This document shows, one piece after another, positions 62,778-64,000 of a DNA stretch of 64,000 nucleotides (position 1 is the stretch's first letter; the number at the start of each line of letters is the position of its first letter). Location of the stretch: assembly GCA_964016885.1 (NCBI GenBank), contig OZ024755.1:17422001-17486000 (forward strand), written 5' to 3'. The position numbers and the translations under genes were made by a program. Source of the stretch: Eledone cirrhosa. Its lineage: Eukaryota. Under the pieces are notes generated by a model. That model did not search any database. It was not told the origin of the DNA and saw nothing but the letters and a program-made list of their open reading frames with translations.

Positions 62778-63673
62778 TTATATATATATACACACACATT
62801 TATATATATAAATATAAATCTGTATGTGTATATATATATATACATTTATATATATATATATATATACTTATATATATATACACACACATTTATATATATA
62901 AATATAAATCTGTATGTGTATATATATATTACACACACACACACATATATATTTACACACACATGCACACATTTATTTATATATATTACCAATATTATTT
63001 ATATTTATTTATATTTATTTATAATATTATCTATAATATTATTTATAATATTATTTATAGTATTATTTATATTTATTACCAATATATAATAACTTGTGTG
63101 TTACACCTCTATTCTTTTAACTATATATATATATATATAAATATAAATGTGTGTGTATATATATATATATTTATATAAATGTGTGTAACTATATATATAT
63201 ATATATTCTGCGCTTAAGCACAACTTACATTGTAGATCTTACAGATAAACCAGATTTTGAGGAGTACAGTATATAGTATATTGAATTTGCAATCATCCCA
63301 TAATCGGCAAATTTCCAACTATGTTTATATGTCACTTGATATGATATTTATTTCCTCTAAATATATTCTCTGAAAATGGTAAGGAATTGACAGGCTTTAG
63401 AGTATTGGATTAATACTGGTTCAGTATTTGTTGTGGCTCAGTGCACTCACAGTTCAAATCCTGGCAAGCTCAACTTTGCCTTTCATCCTTTCAAGGTTAA
63501 ATACTGAAATTGATTTATTTTCTCTGTCTCTTTCTCTGGAAGGAAGAAATTGACTGTGTACTGATCTGATGATAGATGGGTTCTGCCAAGCTTAGAAGGC
63601 CCATAATATGGTGTGTGTCAGGATAGCGCCCCTACTACTCCAACAACAAGAGTTATGTGTTTTATATATATAT

Positions 63674-64000
63674 GGAGGCACGTGGCTTAGTGGTTAGAGC
63701 ATTGGCCTTGCAATCGAAAGGTTGTGAATTCAATTCTCAGACCGGGTGATGTGTTGTTTCCTTGAGCAAGACACTTTATTTCACATTGCTCCAGTTTACT
63801 CAGCTGTAGAAATGAGATGATAGGGACTGGGGTCCCTATCATTCCACTGCAAAGTGGACGTGGAGGTGCCACGGCAAAAAAGCACCCAGCACTCACTGTA
63901 AATGAGGTTGGTGTTAGGAAGGGCATCCAGCTGTAGAAATCAAGCCAGAATCAGTTCCCATCCCACCCTTGCAAGCAGGGAAAAAGCGGACGTAAAATGA
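63674..64000 (+). mobile_element. SINE B, full length, running to window end
   Basis: family match. Confidence 0.87.

Overview
AT-rich, microsatellite-dense eukaryotic DNA, very probably from an octopodid cephalopod (inferred from the SINE and RTE repertoire). The window holds 18 internal plus-strand exons (6800-46905) of a giant spectrin-repeat gene. Spliced at GT-AG sites they give one open frame of 4881 nt / 1627 aa that resembles the C-terminal rod of nesprin-1 (SYNE1). No start codon, KASH domain or stop codon is in the window. The introns contain two tRNA-derived SINE families, LINE remnants (RTE, CR1, Vingi-like, CRE-like), Tc1/mariner, piggyBac and hAT MITEs, a tRNA-Pro pseudogene, minisatellites and a 200-N gap. 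The most interesting signal is a set of at least five short element families sitting in (TA)n tracts. They carry minimal type I hammerhead-ribozyme motifs of the Penelope-like-element kind, with compensatory base changes, a CCGACGA core variant and 60-105 nt stem II extensions. Many are folded into long palindromes whose turn point recurs at the same hairpin in separate copies. All homology calls are by eye and from memory of these families. Repeat boundaries are approximate.
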